DNA of 64,000 nucleotides from Brumimicrobium sp. GTDB lineage: Bacteria > Bacteroidota > Bacteroidia > Flavobacteriales_D > Crocinitomicaceae. The stretch spans positions 30,724 through 94,723 of the forward strand of contig JAWVYS010000005.1 of the NCBI GenBank assembly GCA_033722555.1. Direction: 5' to 3'. The position numbers and the translations under genes are program-made. The notes beneath the pieces are model-generated. The model saw nothing but the letters and a program-made list of their open reading frames with translations. It made no database searches and was not told the DNA's origin. Shown one piece after another: positions 1-9,078 of this stretch; positions within the stretch are counted from its first letter, which is position 1; every line of letters starts with the position of its first letter.

Positions 1-1122
1 AACGGTGATAGCCTCCTGAGGAGTTGCGGAAACAGTTACACTGTATGTAGTTTCACAAGCATTCCCTCCTGACGCCACGTAAACCGTATATGCTCCGGGA
101 GCTAGATTGGAAAATATGTTACTGTTTTGGTAATTTGTTCCATCCAAAGAATATGAGTAAGTCCCGCTTCCCCCTGTGACATTTGAAACTGTTATACTTC
201 CGTTATTATTTCCACAGGTAGAGTTACTTGTGCTTACAGTGGCGTTTATCGGGTCATAAACAGTGGCAACATAACCCACCACGTCTGTTTGACAACCTCC
301 ATCAGCTACGAGATAAATAGCCTGATTTCCTCCTGAAATGGTAGGACTCAATGAGGTTGTAATTCCTGTTCCACTGTCATAGGTTTGGGTGTAGGGATTA
401 TCCCCAAGAATCCAGAAGTATTCGTCTACATTGGTGGAGGCGTTTCCGTCTACATTAAATACCCCGCCTAAACACGCAGACCAGTTTGAGGTGAAATCCG
501 CCACCGGAGAGGGGGCAGTCGAGGTTAAAACATCAAGTTGCCATGCACTGATAAAAGGATCCGCACCTATGGTATACACATTATTGCATGCAGACCAAGC
601 AGCGTCAAAATACATTTGAGTATAGTTTGTACCACCCGGTTTATGGGTTCCAGTTATCGCAAAGGTATCCTGAGGAGTATTATAGGCCAACTGAAAACCG
701 ACGAAAAATGTACCGCTGACATTTACCGGAGTGGTGAAATCAACCTCTGTATACGTATTGGCTGTAAAATCAGATAACGGAACTGTCTGTGTTCCCAAAA
801 CGGTACCTGGTGTACCGGTGTTGTTTTGATATACCGTGAAAATAACTTGCCCTCCTGCGTCATGAACCTTCCAGGGTACGAATCGAAGTCTTCTAACCTC
901 TGTGGGTGATGCAACGGTATAAGGTTCGGCCCACTGAGTAACAGGACTTGTTCCACCATTTAGTTTTTCATGGCCAAGTACGTAACCTCCTACACCTGTA
1001 AATTCATAAAAAACGTCGTTCAAGTTGTAATTTCTCAAGGTATCACAACTCTGAGCGTTCGCGTTCTGAAAAAAGGAGAGAACGATAAATACCGGAATTA
1101 AATAATTTAAATTTTTCATCAT
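1..1122 (-). CDS. Secreted surface protein with PKD-like and SprB-repeat-like modules (N-terminal 374 aa; runs off window start)
   Basis: Manual translation from ATG at 1122 is open to base 1: signal peptide MMKNLNYLIPVFIVLSFFQNANAQ, then SPVADF...YFWILGD (PKD-like) and STCGNNNGSITVSNVTGGSGTYSYSLDG...FSNLAPGAYTVYV (SprB-repeat-like). It is absent from the ORF track because it has no stop in the window. Confidence 0.8.
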   Translation of the reverse strand, partial: MMKNLNYLIPVFIVLSFFQNANAQSCDTLRNYNLNDVFYEFTGVGGYVLGHEKLNGGTSPVTQWAEPYTVASPTEVRRLRFVPWKVHDAGGQVIFTVYQNNTGTPGTVLGTQTVPLSDFTANTYTEVDFTTPVNVSGTFFVGFQLAYNTPQDTFAITGTHKPGGTNYTQMYFDAAWSACNNVYTIGADPFISAWQLDVLTSTAPSPVADFTSNWSACLGGVFNVDGNASTNVDEYFWILGDNPYTQTYDSGTGITTSLSPTISGGNQAIYLVADGGCQTDVVGYVATVYDPINATVSTSNSTCGNNNGSITVSNVTGGSGTYSYSLDGTNYQNSNIFSNLAPGAYTVYVASGGNACETTYSVTVSATPQEAITV

Positions 1123-1141
1123 AATATGGGCTTTTGATTAA

Positions 1142-1369
1142 TTATTTCTCTTCTTTTACCTTTGTGCTTTGTAATCTTACTTTAAGTTTTTCCTCCCTTT
1201 TATCAGTCGGCTTTGTTGCCTCTTTTAAAAATTTAATCTGATTTTCCTTTTTCACTTCTTTATTAAGCGGAACGCTCGATTTAGGTACGGACTGTTCCGA
1301 AGAAGTACTTTGGGAAAGGATTGTTGAGGAAATAAAAAATAAAGTGGAAATAAGTAGTAGATTTTTCAT
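1142..1369 (-). CDS. Small secreted hypothetical protein (75 aa)
   Basis: Signal-peptide-like N-terminus MKNLLLISTLFFISSTILSQ, Lys/Glu-rich tail, TATATTTG promoter element just upstream. Confidence 0.65.
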   Translation of the reverse strand: MKNLLLISTLFFISSTILSQSTSSEQSVPKSSVPLNKEVKKENQIKFLKEATKPTDKREEKLKVRLQSTKVKEEK

Positions 1370-1385
1370 TTTTTAAAATTTTGTT

Positions 1386-1393
1386 ACAAATAT
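1386..1393 (-). promoter_or_regulatory. Bacteroidota sigma-ABfr -7 element TATATTTG
   Basis: Matches TAnnTTTG, 16 nt upstream of the 1369 start. Confidence 0.55.
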
Positions 1394-1462
1394 AGTGATT
1401 GTCCGACGAACGGGAAAATATAGTCGACTAAAACCGATTCAGCAGAATAACGTGGTTGGGAA

Positions 1463-3529
1463 TTACCTCACTTCACTTCCAACTTCAAAATCTTTTGAAG
1501 GAACCACGAAAGTTAATTCGCCGGATTCGTTTTCGGCCATGAGTATCATGCCTTGCGAAACCACTCCTTTAAGTTTTCTCGGGGGTAGATTCATTAGCAC
1601 CACTACATTTTGACCGATTATATCTTCAGGAGAATAAAATTCAGCAATTCCTGAAACTATCGTTCTTTTATCCAGTCCGGTGTCAACGACAAGTTCCAGC
1701 AGTTTATCCGCCTTTTTTATTTTTCGTGCTTCCAGAATTTTTCCGGTTCTAAGATCCATCTTCATGAAATCTTCAAAAGCTACGGGTTCCTTTTCCGCTG
1801 AGGGGGATTTTTTCTCTTTGGTTTGAGTTGACTTTGAAGAAAGAAGTCTGTTTTGCTCTTCAATGACAAGAGAATCTTCAATTTTTGGGAAAAGTATTTC
1901 AGGTTTGTTGGTCTTATGCCCTTCAGGAATTAATCGGTAATCACCACTATGAGACCAGTTGACATCTTCAAGATTGAGGAATTGACGAATTTTCAAGGCC
2001 GTTCCGGGTAAGAACGGATCAAAAAGCAGTGATAAATTCGCGGTAATCTGTAAAGCTAAGTGGAGTATCGTTTTTACACGCTCAGGGTCTGTTTTGATCA
2101 GTTTCCACGGTTCGGTTTCTGCGAGGTATTTGTTACCTAATCTAGCCAGATTCATTACTTCAGACTGAGCTTCTCGGATCTTATACCTGTAAAGCAGATC
2201 TTCCACTTTAGCCGGTGCTGATTGTATTGCATTAATCAGTTCCTTATCTGTGGGAAGGAGATCCAAAAGAGGAGGTACGACTCCATTGTAATATTTATCA
2301 TTAAGAACTAATGCTCTGTTGACGAAATTCCCTAAAATATCTGCCAGTTCATTGTTTACACGGGACTGAAATTCATTCCAGGTAAATTCACTATCCTTAC
2401 TTTCCGGAGCTATCGAGGTCAAGGTATATTTCAGTTCGTCGATTTTATTCGGGTATCTTGCTATGAACTCGTGCAACCATACCGCCCAATTTCTGGATGT
2501 TGAAAATTTATCACCTTCCAGATTAAGAAATTCGGAGGCAGGAACATTATCGGGAAGGATGAATTCGCCGTGCTCCTTTAATAAAATAGGAAAAATAATG
2601 GCATGGAAAACTATATTATCCTTTCCAATGAAGTGAATAAGTTTACGGTCTCCTGTCCAGTAATCTTTCCAATTCTTATCATTGTCTTCCGCCCATTGTT
2701 TGGTTGCCGAAATATAACCGATCGGTGCGTCTAGCCAAACGTAAAGAACTTTGCCATCAGCACCTTCGACAGGAACCGGTATCCCCCAATCCAGATCACG
2801 TGTCATGGCTCGAGGTTTCAGACCGCCGTCAATCCAACTCATACACTGACCGATCACTTGTTTTCTCCACTGAGCGGGATCGTGGTGGTGGGTTCCATTC
2901 AAAATGCCTTTCTGAATCCATTCCTTTAGCCACGCCTCATGTCTTTCCATTGGAAGAAACCAGTGAGATGTTTCTTTCAGCACGGGAGTACTTCCACTGA
3001 GTGAAGAAACAGGATTAATAAGTTCATTTGGACTTAGAGACGTACCGCATTTTTCACACTGATCGCCGTAAGCTTCCGGATAACCGCATTTCGGACATTC
3101 ACCGGTTATATACCGGTCCGCAAGAAACTGCTGGAACTCTTCATCGAAATATTGTTCATTGGTCTGTTTGGTCAGTTTGTCATTTTCATGGAGTTTCAGG
3201 AAAAAATCCTGAGCAGTTTTTTTATGAATTTCGGTAGTAGTGCGATGAAATATATCAAAGGATATGTCAAATTTTTGAAAAGAATCCGCCAAAACGGCGT
3301 GATACTTATCAACTATCTCCTGCGGAGAGATCCCTTCTTTTTTGGCCCTGAGAGTAATTGCCGCTCCGTGTTCATCGCTGCCGCATATGAAAGCCACATC
3401 ATGTCCCTTATGTCTTAGGAAGCGAACAAAAATATCTGCCGGCAAATAAACTCCGGCAACATGTCCCAGATGCAGAGGTCCATTCGCGTACGGTAAAGCT
3501 GCTGTAACGGTATACTTTTGTTTACTCAT
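1463..3529 (-). CDS. metG: Methionine--tRNA ligase with C-terminal tRNA-binding domain
   Basis: ALPYANGPLHLGH (HIGH), Zn knuckle CPKC...CEKC, KFSTS (KMSKS-like), C-terminal MDLRTGKILEA OB domain. Confidence 0.98.
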   Translation of the reverse strand: MSKQKYTVTAALPYANGPLHLGHVAGVYLPADIFVRFLRHKGHDVAFICGSDEHGAAITLRAKKEGISPQEIVDKYHAVLADSFQKFDISFDIFHRTTTEIHKKTAQDFFLKLHENDKLTKQTNEQYFDEEFQQFLADRYITGECPKCGYPEAYGDQCEKCGTSLSPNELINPVSSLSGSTPVLKETSHWFLPMERHEAWLKEWIQKGILNGTHHHDPAQWRKQVIGQCMSWIDGGLKPRAMTRDLDWGIPVPVEGADGKVLYVWLDAPIGYISATKQWAEDNDKNWKDYWTGDRKLIHFIGKDNIVFHAIIFPILLKEHGEFILPDNVPASEFLNLEGDKFSTSRNWAVWLHEFIARYPNKIDELKYTLTSIAPESKDSEFTWNEFQSRVNNELADILGNFVNRALVLNDKYYNGVVPPLLDLLPTDKELINAIQSAPAKVEDLLYRYKIREAQSEVMNLARLGNKYLAETEPWKLIKTDPERVKTILHLALQITANLSLLFDPFLPGTALKIRQFLNLEDVNWSHSGDYRLIPEGHKTNKPEILFPKIEDSLVIEEQNRLLSSKSTQTKEKKSPSAEKEPVAFEDFMKMDLRTGKILEARKIKKADKLLELVVDTGLDKRTIVSGIAEFYSPEDIIGQNVVVLMNLPPRKLKGVVSQGMILMAENESGELTFVVPSKDFEVGSEVR

Positions 3530-3550
3530 TCAATCCAAATTTACAGAACG

Positions 3551-3558
3551 CAAAGATA
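3551..3558 (-). promoter_or_regulatory. -7 element TATCTTTG for metG
   Basis: TAnnTTTG match 21 nt upstream of the metG start. Confidence 0.55.
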
Positions 3559-3593
3559 TAAGGAAAGAAAGAAATGAACACGAATCTTTGAAC

Positions 3594-6410
3594 TCATTCT
3601 TCTTTAAATTGTCCAAGACCGTAGTCAGTACCTTTATCTACAGCAGGAACACCTTCGATCAGCCATTTAGGAGCGGGTTTATTCATTAAATAATAATCGA
3701 AGAACTGACGCATCCTGATGCTGAGATCCATGCGGTTTGCATTTTTCATAAGGTTGTGTTCGTCGTCGTTATAATTTAGCATCCACACCGGCTTGGAAAG
3801 TCTTTTCATTCCGACAAACATTTCTATTCCCTGATACCAGGGCACCGCTCCGTCACCGTCGTTATGCATGATTAACAGCGGGGTTTCTATATTAGGAATA
3901 CCGAACAATGGAGAGTTTTCCCTGTAAAGTTCGGGAGCCTCCCAGATAGTCTTACCTATCCTGCTTTGAGTTTTTTCGTACTGGAACTGTCGGTTGAATC
4001 CACTTCCCCAGCGAATTCCTCCATAAGCAGAGAACATATTGCTGACAGGTGCTCCTGCCATCGCTGCTTTATATCTGTTGGTCATTGTTATCATCTGGGC
4101 TGTCTGATAACCTCCCCACGACTGGCCTTGTAAACCCATTCTGGTGCTGTCGATGTTAGGGTACTTTTGAAGAACCTCATCGGTGCCGCTCATTATACAA
4201 TCGAAAGCGCCTTTAGCGGGATAGCCTTCATCGTAACGAATATCCGGAATGAAAACAATGTAACCCGCTGAGGTATACTCTGTAGGATAAATGATGGAGG
4301 CCGTGGGTTTCGGAATATAATGGTAATTATATCTGTCGTTGTAAAGTTCATAGAAGTAAACGAGCATTGGATATGATTTTGTTGAATCGAAGTTATCCGG
4401 TTTATAAAGTAATCCTTCGAGTTCCTTACCAGAATATGAGGTCCAAGTAATTTTTTCGACAGTAGGCCAGATATATTCGTCTTGTTGGGGGTTCGTTATG
4501 GATATCCTTTGTTCTTCGTCAAAATTCATATTCGTCAGGAAAAGGTCAGGATAATCTTTAACATTCATCTTCCTGTAAATAACTTTTGAACCCTCCCTGG
4601 CTTTTTGAACACTTAAAATTTTGTGAGGAGTTTCCATTAATTGCACGATGTGAGAATGATTTACATGGTCCTGATATCCGAAAATAGATTCATTTTTCGT
4701 GTCACGGTTATAGCCGGTCAGGTATATTTCTTTCAGATCGATATAGGTACTGTCATAGTTCCAGCGACTGAGACGTAATTCTGTGTTCATTTGTTCGCCG
4801 CGTTGTTTTGTCAATGATGTAAGTTTTCGGCCCCCGAAGTCGTATTCCCACACATCGAATTCCGAATGCAGGAGCAAGGATTTTTTACCCTTTGTATATC
4901 CTGCTATATTGAAAGCTCCGGCTTCGTGAGGCATTCCGTTAATATCCCTTTGCCAGACAATGCTATCTTTTAAAAAACAACTTATACAGTCATCTTCAGC
5001 AGTAAGTGTATTGACGAATCTGTACTGTTTTCGTTCCGGTTCGAAATAAACGAAATACCTTCCGTCCGGAGAAAGTCCCATTGAATAACCAACTTTATCC
5101 TTTATAAGAAAGGCTTCACCTGTTTGGAGATTGACCTTATAATAATCTTTGGGCCAGGGGAAAGACCAATTATAGGTTTCTTGATAACGTTCATTGGACA
5201 TCCCGAGGGCGTAATCTGTATTTCCATGATCCAATAAATCTATTTCCAGTGTGTCATTACTTAAACGAACCAGCTTGTTTTGATCCAGGTGAATGACACT
5301 CAAGAATGATTTTTTTTGATCCCTTTTAAGTTCAATGAGTTGCTGTGGTTGTAATCTTTTGTCTTTATAATGCCAAACATCCAGCTTTGCTTTTTCGGAT
5401 TCCAGAAGTGTGTCCTTTGAAGGCGGGAGAGGGATTTCTTCCAGTCCAAAATATATTTTTGTTTCATCAAGCGAGAAATACGGTTTATTGTTCGCGCTAA
5501 CACGTAGTTTTTCCGGCATATCGCTTCTGTTTGTGTCTGCGATCAAAACCGGTGAATTATCTTTTAGATCCCAGAAATAAAGGTCGAAGCACTTCTTTTC
5601 CTTAACAGTATCATTGGAAGCTAAAAACATCAGTTTCCCCCCTTTTTCACTGAAATTTTGTTGTGTAACGGCGGTAAAATTTGAGTCAAAGTGAATTTCT
5701 TGGTTTCTTGTAAGATCATAAATATGTACCTTGAAACTATCTTTCTTGCTGACGTTCTGATGTGTGACGTAGAAAAGTTTTGTTCCATTTTTGTTAAATG
5801 CATAGTCTGTCACTTTTTCCAGAACCATTGTATTTCCTGTTATCGGATCAAGTATATAAAGGTGATTGCCGTTAGATTTAACTTCTGATACTTTATTTTT
5901 CTTTTTAAAGAGACGGAACTTCTTTTTAGTGGTCTTTTCTTTTTGAAGTGAATCAGACAGGACAGAATAAGCAACATAACTTCCTTGATCAGCTATTTTA
6001 TAACTAATTAGATTGGGAATCTTCACAAGATTTTTCGATTTCAAATAATAGATTCCCAGGGAGTCATTTACCATTTTTTCTTTTTTAACCTTCTTTAGTT
6101 GAAGTTCTCGGATTGTGTCATATCCGGGATGTACATGAAAAACGAGTATGTCTTCCGAATAATTGATGGAAGCACGATTACCACGGGGAAAAGAATCTAT
6201 TTTGAGGTCATTATTATTTACTATGTATAGATAGCCGTCTCCCGCGTGTGGATTTATCTCATAGGTGGAAAAATTCCCCTTAGAAGAGATCTGCTCGGCT
6301 TTCAGTGATTTCCAGTCATTATAAACAGTGTGATCGATTTGTTTTTTTTGAGCACAAAGTGTTCCTGCAAGGATAAAAGAAACGATATTTATTAAGTATT
6401 TATTCAGCAT
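3594..6410 (-). CDS. Secreted S9 (prolyl oligopeptidase family) peptidase
   Basis: Signal peptide; GQSWGGY nucleophile motif, DGAVPW and DEHNL catalytic Asp/His; large N-terminal propeller region. Confidence 0.93.
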   Translation of the reverse strand: MLNKYLINIVSFILAGTLCAQKKQIDHTVYNDWKSLKAEQISSKGNFSTYEINPHAGDGYLYIVNNNDLKIDSFPRGNRASINYSEDILVFHVHPGYDTIRELQLKKVKKEKMVNDSLGIYYLKSKNLVKIPNLISYKIADQGSYVAYSVLSDSLQKEKTTKKKFRLFKKKNKVSEVKSNGNHLYILDPITGNTMVLEKVTDYAFNKNGTKLFYVTHQNVSKKDSFKVHIYDLTRNQEIHFDSNFTAVTQQNFSEKGGKLMFLASNDTVKEKKCFDLYFWDLKDNSPVLIADTNRSDMPEKLRVSANNKPYFSLDETKIYFGLEEIPLPPSKDTLLESEKAKLDVWHYKDKRLQPQQLIELKRDQKKSFLSVIHLDQNKLVRLSNDTLEIDLLDHGNTDYALGMSNERYQETYNWSFPWPKDYYKVNLQTGEAFLIKDKVGYSMGLSPDGRYFVYFEPERKQYRFVNTLTAEDDCISCFLKDSIVWQRDINGMPHEAGAFNIAGYTKGKKSLLLHSEFDVWEYDFGGRKLTSLTKQRGEQMNTELRLSRWNYDSTYIDLKEIYLTGYNRDTKNESIFGYQDHVNHSHIVQLMETPHKILSVQKAREGSKVIYRKMNVKDYPDLFLTNMNFDEEQRISITNPQQDEYIWPTVEKITWTSYSGKELEGLLYKPDNFDSTKSYPMLVYFYELYNDRYNYHYIPKPTASIIYPTEYTSAGYIVFIPDIRYDEGYPAKGAFDCIMSGTDEVLQKYPNIDSTRMGLQGQSWGGYQTAQMITMTNRYKAAMAGAPVSNMFSAYGGIRWGSGFNRQFQYEKTQSRIGKTIWEAPELYRENSPLFGIPNIETPLLIMHNDGDGAVPWYQGIEMFVGMKRLSKPVWMLNYNDDEHNLMKNANRMDLSIRMRQFFDYYLMNKPAPKWLIEGVPAVDKGTDYGLGQFKEE

Positions 6411-6733
6411 AATGAGGTCTATGTTTGTATTGATGCAGGTGAAAATACGTAAAATTAAACTAATATTTCCTCAAGTTATTAATCTTAGCAGTAACCAAAA
6501 GAGTAGATTTTGATGCTTTATTTCTTAGGCTTTAAGACAAGAAGCATCTAAATAGAGGCCTTAAATGCTGAATATACTTTAGAACAGATAAAATCAACTT
6601 ACTCTTGTTTTTTGAAAAAAAAAATTAATTTCCAACGAATCAGTTATTTTTTTCGTAATTTGATTAAGACAAGAACAGCGATCATTCCTGTTCTATATAA
6701 TTTGTTATTTTTGTTAAATAAAACATTAATTTT

Positions 6734-8593
6734 ATGAAAAAGATTTATTTAAGTTTAGCTTTATCCGGAATTGTTCTGGGTAGTTCGGCGCAGCAACTTC
6801 AGAAAGTAAGCCATTTGAGGGCTGCCGATGTGGAACCAGGAACTGCTGAAGGTTCTTTCAAAGGGGATGTGTATTATCAGTTTGAAAAAGCTTCAGGAGA
6901 CAGTATTTTTTACGAAGATTTTGCTTCAGGAATAACCGGTTGGACCACCGGAGGCGCTCAGGATATATGGGCGTACGACACAGATGGGCCAAACGGTCAG
7001 TTTTCGACAGGAGCTACTCCTTTACAGTCTACAACAGCCGCGAACGGCTTTATAATTTATGATGCTGATGGGAATCAGACCCCATCTCCAGCAGGTGGGT
7101 TTTTTAATCACGTTGGATTTATTAGCTCTCCTGTAATTGATTTTACAGGTTTTACAAATTTAACACTGGCATTCCAACATACATATCGTACTTGCTGTGC
7201 ACAAGGTTTCTTTCCTAAGGTGCTAATATCTGATGATGGTTTTAGTACTTTCACAGAGCTTAACGCAGGAATTTCTGGTGCGGCGGTGAATACTCAAACG
7301 CCTACCACAATTACGAAACTGGATTTGTCAACTTTTATTGCTGGATCAACTGCTCTAAATAATGTTCAAATACGATTTCTTTTTGATGGTAGTGCAGGAA
7401 CGTCTCACTACTTTTGGAGTGTAGATGATATTGCTGTTATTGAGTCGTTAGAGAATGACCTAAAAATAAACAAACGATTTTTAGCTTCTGGAACTCAAAA
7501 GATTCCTTATCACTATGTACCGACTTCTCAGTTAGTTGACGTTGAATTATCAGGTAAAATTAGCAATATTGGTTTAAATACTCAAAACAACGTTCAACTT
7601 GAAGTTCTCGTTGATGACGGTACAACTCAGAGTACACTTAATTCTTTAACCGGAACTTCGTTAGCACCTGGCGTAACGGATTCTTTGGTTACTTCCACAA
7701 ACTGGATGCCTTCAGGCGCTGCAGGTACAACTTTTAATATGTTCTTCAGTGCTGTTCAGACTGAAACTGAACAGGAAGGTTCAGATAATTTAATTACTGA
7801 AACCTTTAATATCACTGATAGTGTTTATAGTGTGGATAATGGAATTTTACAAAGTAGTATAAGCAATTTCTCTGGCAATGCCAATCAGGCGTTTAAAATT
7901 GGAAACCAGATGGAAGTCATGTCAACAGGTGATATTACTTCTGTGTCGGTATACGTTGCCAACAGAGCAGCTTCAGCAGGACAAGAAATTTTCGCTGAAA
8001 TCTATGTTTTTGACGGAACAGATTTCGTTTATGCTGCCGATGCTCCTTTCTATGTTTTGACGAATGCTGACTTAGGTACCTTTGTAACATTGCCTTTAAG
8101 CACAATGTTGCCGGTGGCTGCTGGAGATATAATCTTGGTTATGGCAGGTCATCAGGGATCAGGAGATCCTAACGTTGCGGATGTTCGTTTTGGTCAAGCT
8201 CAAAAAGTTGATCAAGGCATTGTGGTAGGTGCTGCGGCGGATGGAGTATTAGCAAATCTAATAGATCCTAATGCTGTAATGGTTCGCGTTAACATGCCGG
8301 CTGATGCTTCCGTTTCTCAAAACGAATTTGACAACCTTAAAGTAAGCCAGAACTTCCCGAACCCATTCTCAAACCAGACTGTTATTCAGTACACTTTGGA
8401 GAATGCGAGTGAGGTTAATTACAGCTTGGTTGATCTAACCGGAAAAGTAGTATTGGAAGTGAACGAAGGAAACGTTAATGCTGGTGGACATTCTATCAAA
8501 ATTGACGGGTCTACACTTTCTAACGGTGTATATTACTTCAATATGACTGCCGGAGATACTAAAGTAACTCGCAAACTGGTAGTTAATAAATAA
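6734..8593 (+). CDS. T9SS type A sorting-domain secreted protein (619 aa)
   Basis: Signal peptide; C-terminal SQNFPNPFSNQTVIQY...LSNGVYYFNM...TRKLVVNK is a type A CTD. Confidence 0.9.
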   Translation: MKKIYLSLALSGIVLGSSAQQLQKVSHLRAADVEPGTAEGSFKGDVYYQFEKASGDSIFYEDFASGITGWTTGGAQDIWAYDTDGPNGQFSTGATPLQSTTAANGFIIYDADGNQTPSPAGGFFNHVGFISSPVIDFTGFTNLTLAFQHTYRTCCAQGFFPKVLISDDGFSTFTELNAGISGAAVNTQTPTTITKLDLSTFIAGSTALNNVQIRFLFDGSAGTSHYFWSVDDIAVIESLENDLKINKRFLASGTQKIPYHYVPTSQLVDVELSGKISNIGLNTQNNVQLEVLVDDGTTQSTLNSLTGTSLAPGVTDSLVTSTNWMPSGAAGTTFNMFFSAVQTETEQEGSDNLITETFNITDSVYSVDNGILQSSISNFSGNANQAFKIGNQMEVMSTGDITSVSVYVANRAASAGQEIFAEIYVFDGTDFVYAADAPFYVLTNADLGTFVTLPLSTMLPVAAGDIILVMAGHQGSGDPNVADVRFGQAQKVDQGIVVGAAADGVLANLIDPNAVMVRVNMPADASVSQNEFDNLKVSQNFPNPFSNQTVIQYTLENASEVNYSLVDLTGKVVLEVNEGNVNAGGHSIKIDGSTLSNGVYYFNMTAGDTKVTRKLVVNK

Positions 8594-8613
8594 AAATTGC
8601 TTTACGCAAATTG

Positions 8614-8640
8614 AAGGGAGGCCTTGGGTCTCCCTTTTTT
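8614..8640 (+). terminator. Intrinsic terminator
   Basis: AAGGGAGGCC-TTG-GGTCTCCCTT stem followed by a T tract, 20 nt after the stop. Confidence 0.85.
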
Positions 8641-8702
8641 ATGCTTTAACAAATCTTAAGACTTTATATAAAACAAAATGGGTTTTATGCAGTTATAAGG
8701 GT

Positions 8703-8766
8703 GTTAGGTTTCATAAGTAGTAGTGTTAGTTAAAAAGGAGAGGACGCCCGTTCTCTCCTTTTTTTT
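8703..8766 (+). ncRNA. Putative small RNA, copy 1 of 3
   Basis: Invariant GTTAGGTTTCATAAGTAGTAGTGTTA (8703-8728), then AAAAAGGAGAGGAC-GCCC-GTTCTCTCCTTTTT hairpin and T tract. Confidence 0.6.
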
Positions 8767-8859
8767 GGGACTTGTTTTTGTGGCACTGGATTTTTTTAAC
8801 AATTATTCTGTTTCTGTATGCAACATTTTGAAGATTTCTCGGTTTAGGGATGTATAGTA

Positions 8860-8917
8860 GTTAGGTTTCATAAGTAGTAGTGTTAGCAAAGGAGAAAACG
8901 CCCCTTTTCTCTTTTGT
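8860..8917 (+). ncRNA. Putative small RNA, copy 2 of 3
   Basis: Same 26-mer (8860-8885), then GCAAAGGAGAAAA-CGCCCC-TTTTCTCTTTTGT hairpin. Confidence 0.6.
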
Positions 8918-8999
8918 GCTTTTAGGCACCAGTTTTATTCGATCTTTCCGAATTAACTTTTCTTATGAGAAAGAAATAAAAAATAGGAATAGTTCTTGA

Positions 9000-9007
9000 T
9001 ATATTTG
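9000..9007 (+). promoter_or_regulatory. -7 element TATATTTG directly upstream of sRNA copy 3
   Basis: TAnnTTTG match ending 4 nt before the 26-mer, which places the expected start site at the repeat's 5' end. Confidence 0.65.
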
Positions 9008-9011
9008 CATC

Positions 9012-9078
9012 GTTAGGTTTCATAAGTAGTAGTGTTAAGTCAGGGGAGGGAACGCCAGTTTTCTCCCCTGACTGTTTT
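9012..9078 (+). ncRNA. Putative small RNA, copy 3 of 3
   Basis: Same 26-mer (9012-9037), then 16-bp AGTCAGGGGAGGGAAC-GCCA-GTTTTCTCCCCTGACT hairpin abutting the convergent GT9 stop. Confidence 0.65.

Noticed and set aside
6672-6694. AGAACAG/CTGTTCT inverted repeat upstream of the T9SS gene
   Set aside because: Only 7 bp, single instance, upstream of the -7 element; not distinguishable from chance.
8685-9023. Minus-strand micro-ORF family starting MKPN from each repeat
   Set aside because: The peptides (9, 22 and 33 aa) share nothing after the four repeat-encoded residues, and promoter and terminator polarity favour the plus strand.
8703-9037. CRISPR array interpretation of the three 26-nt repeats
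   Set aside because: Only three copies, 126-131 nt between repeats, each followed by its own hairpin, and no cas genes in the window.
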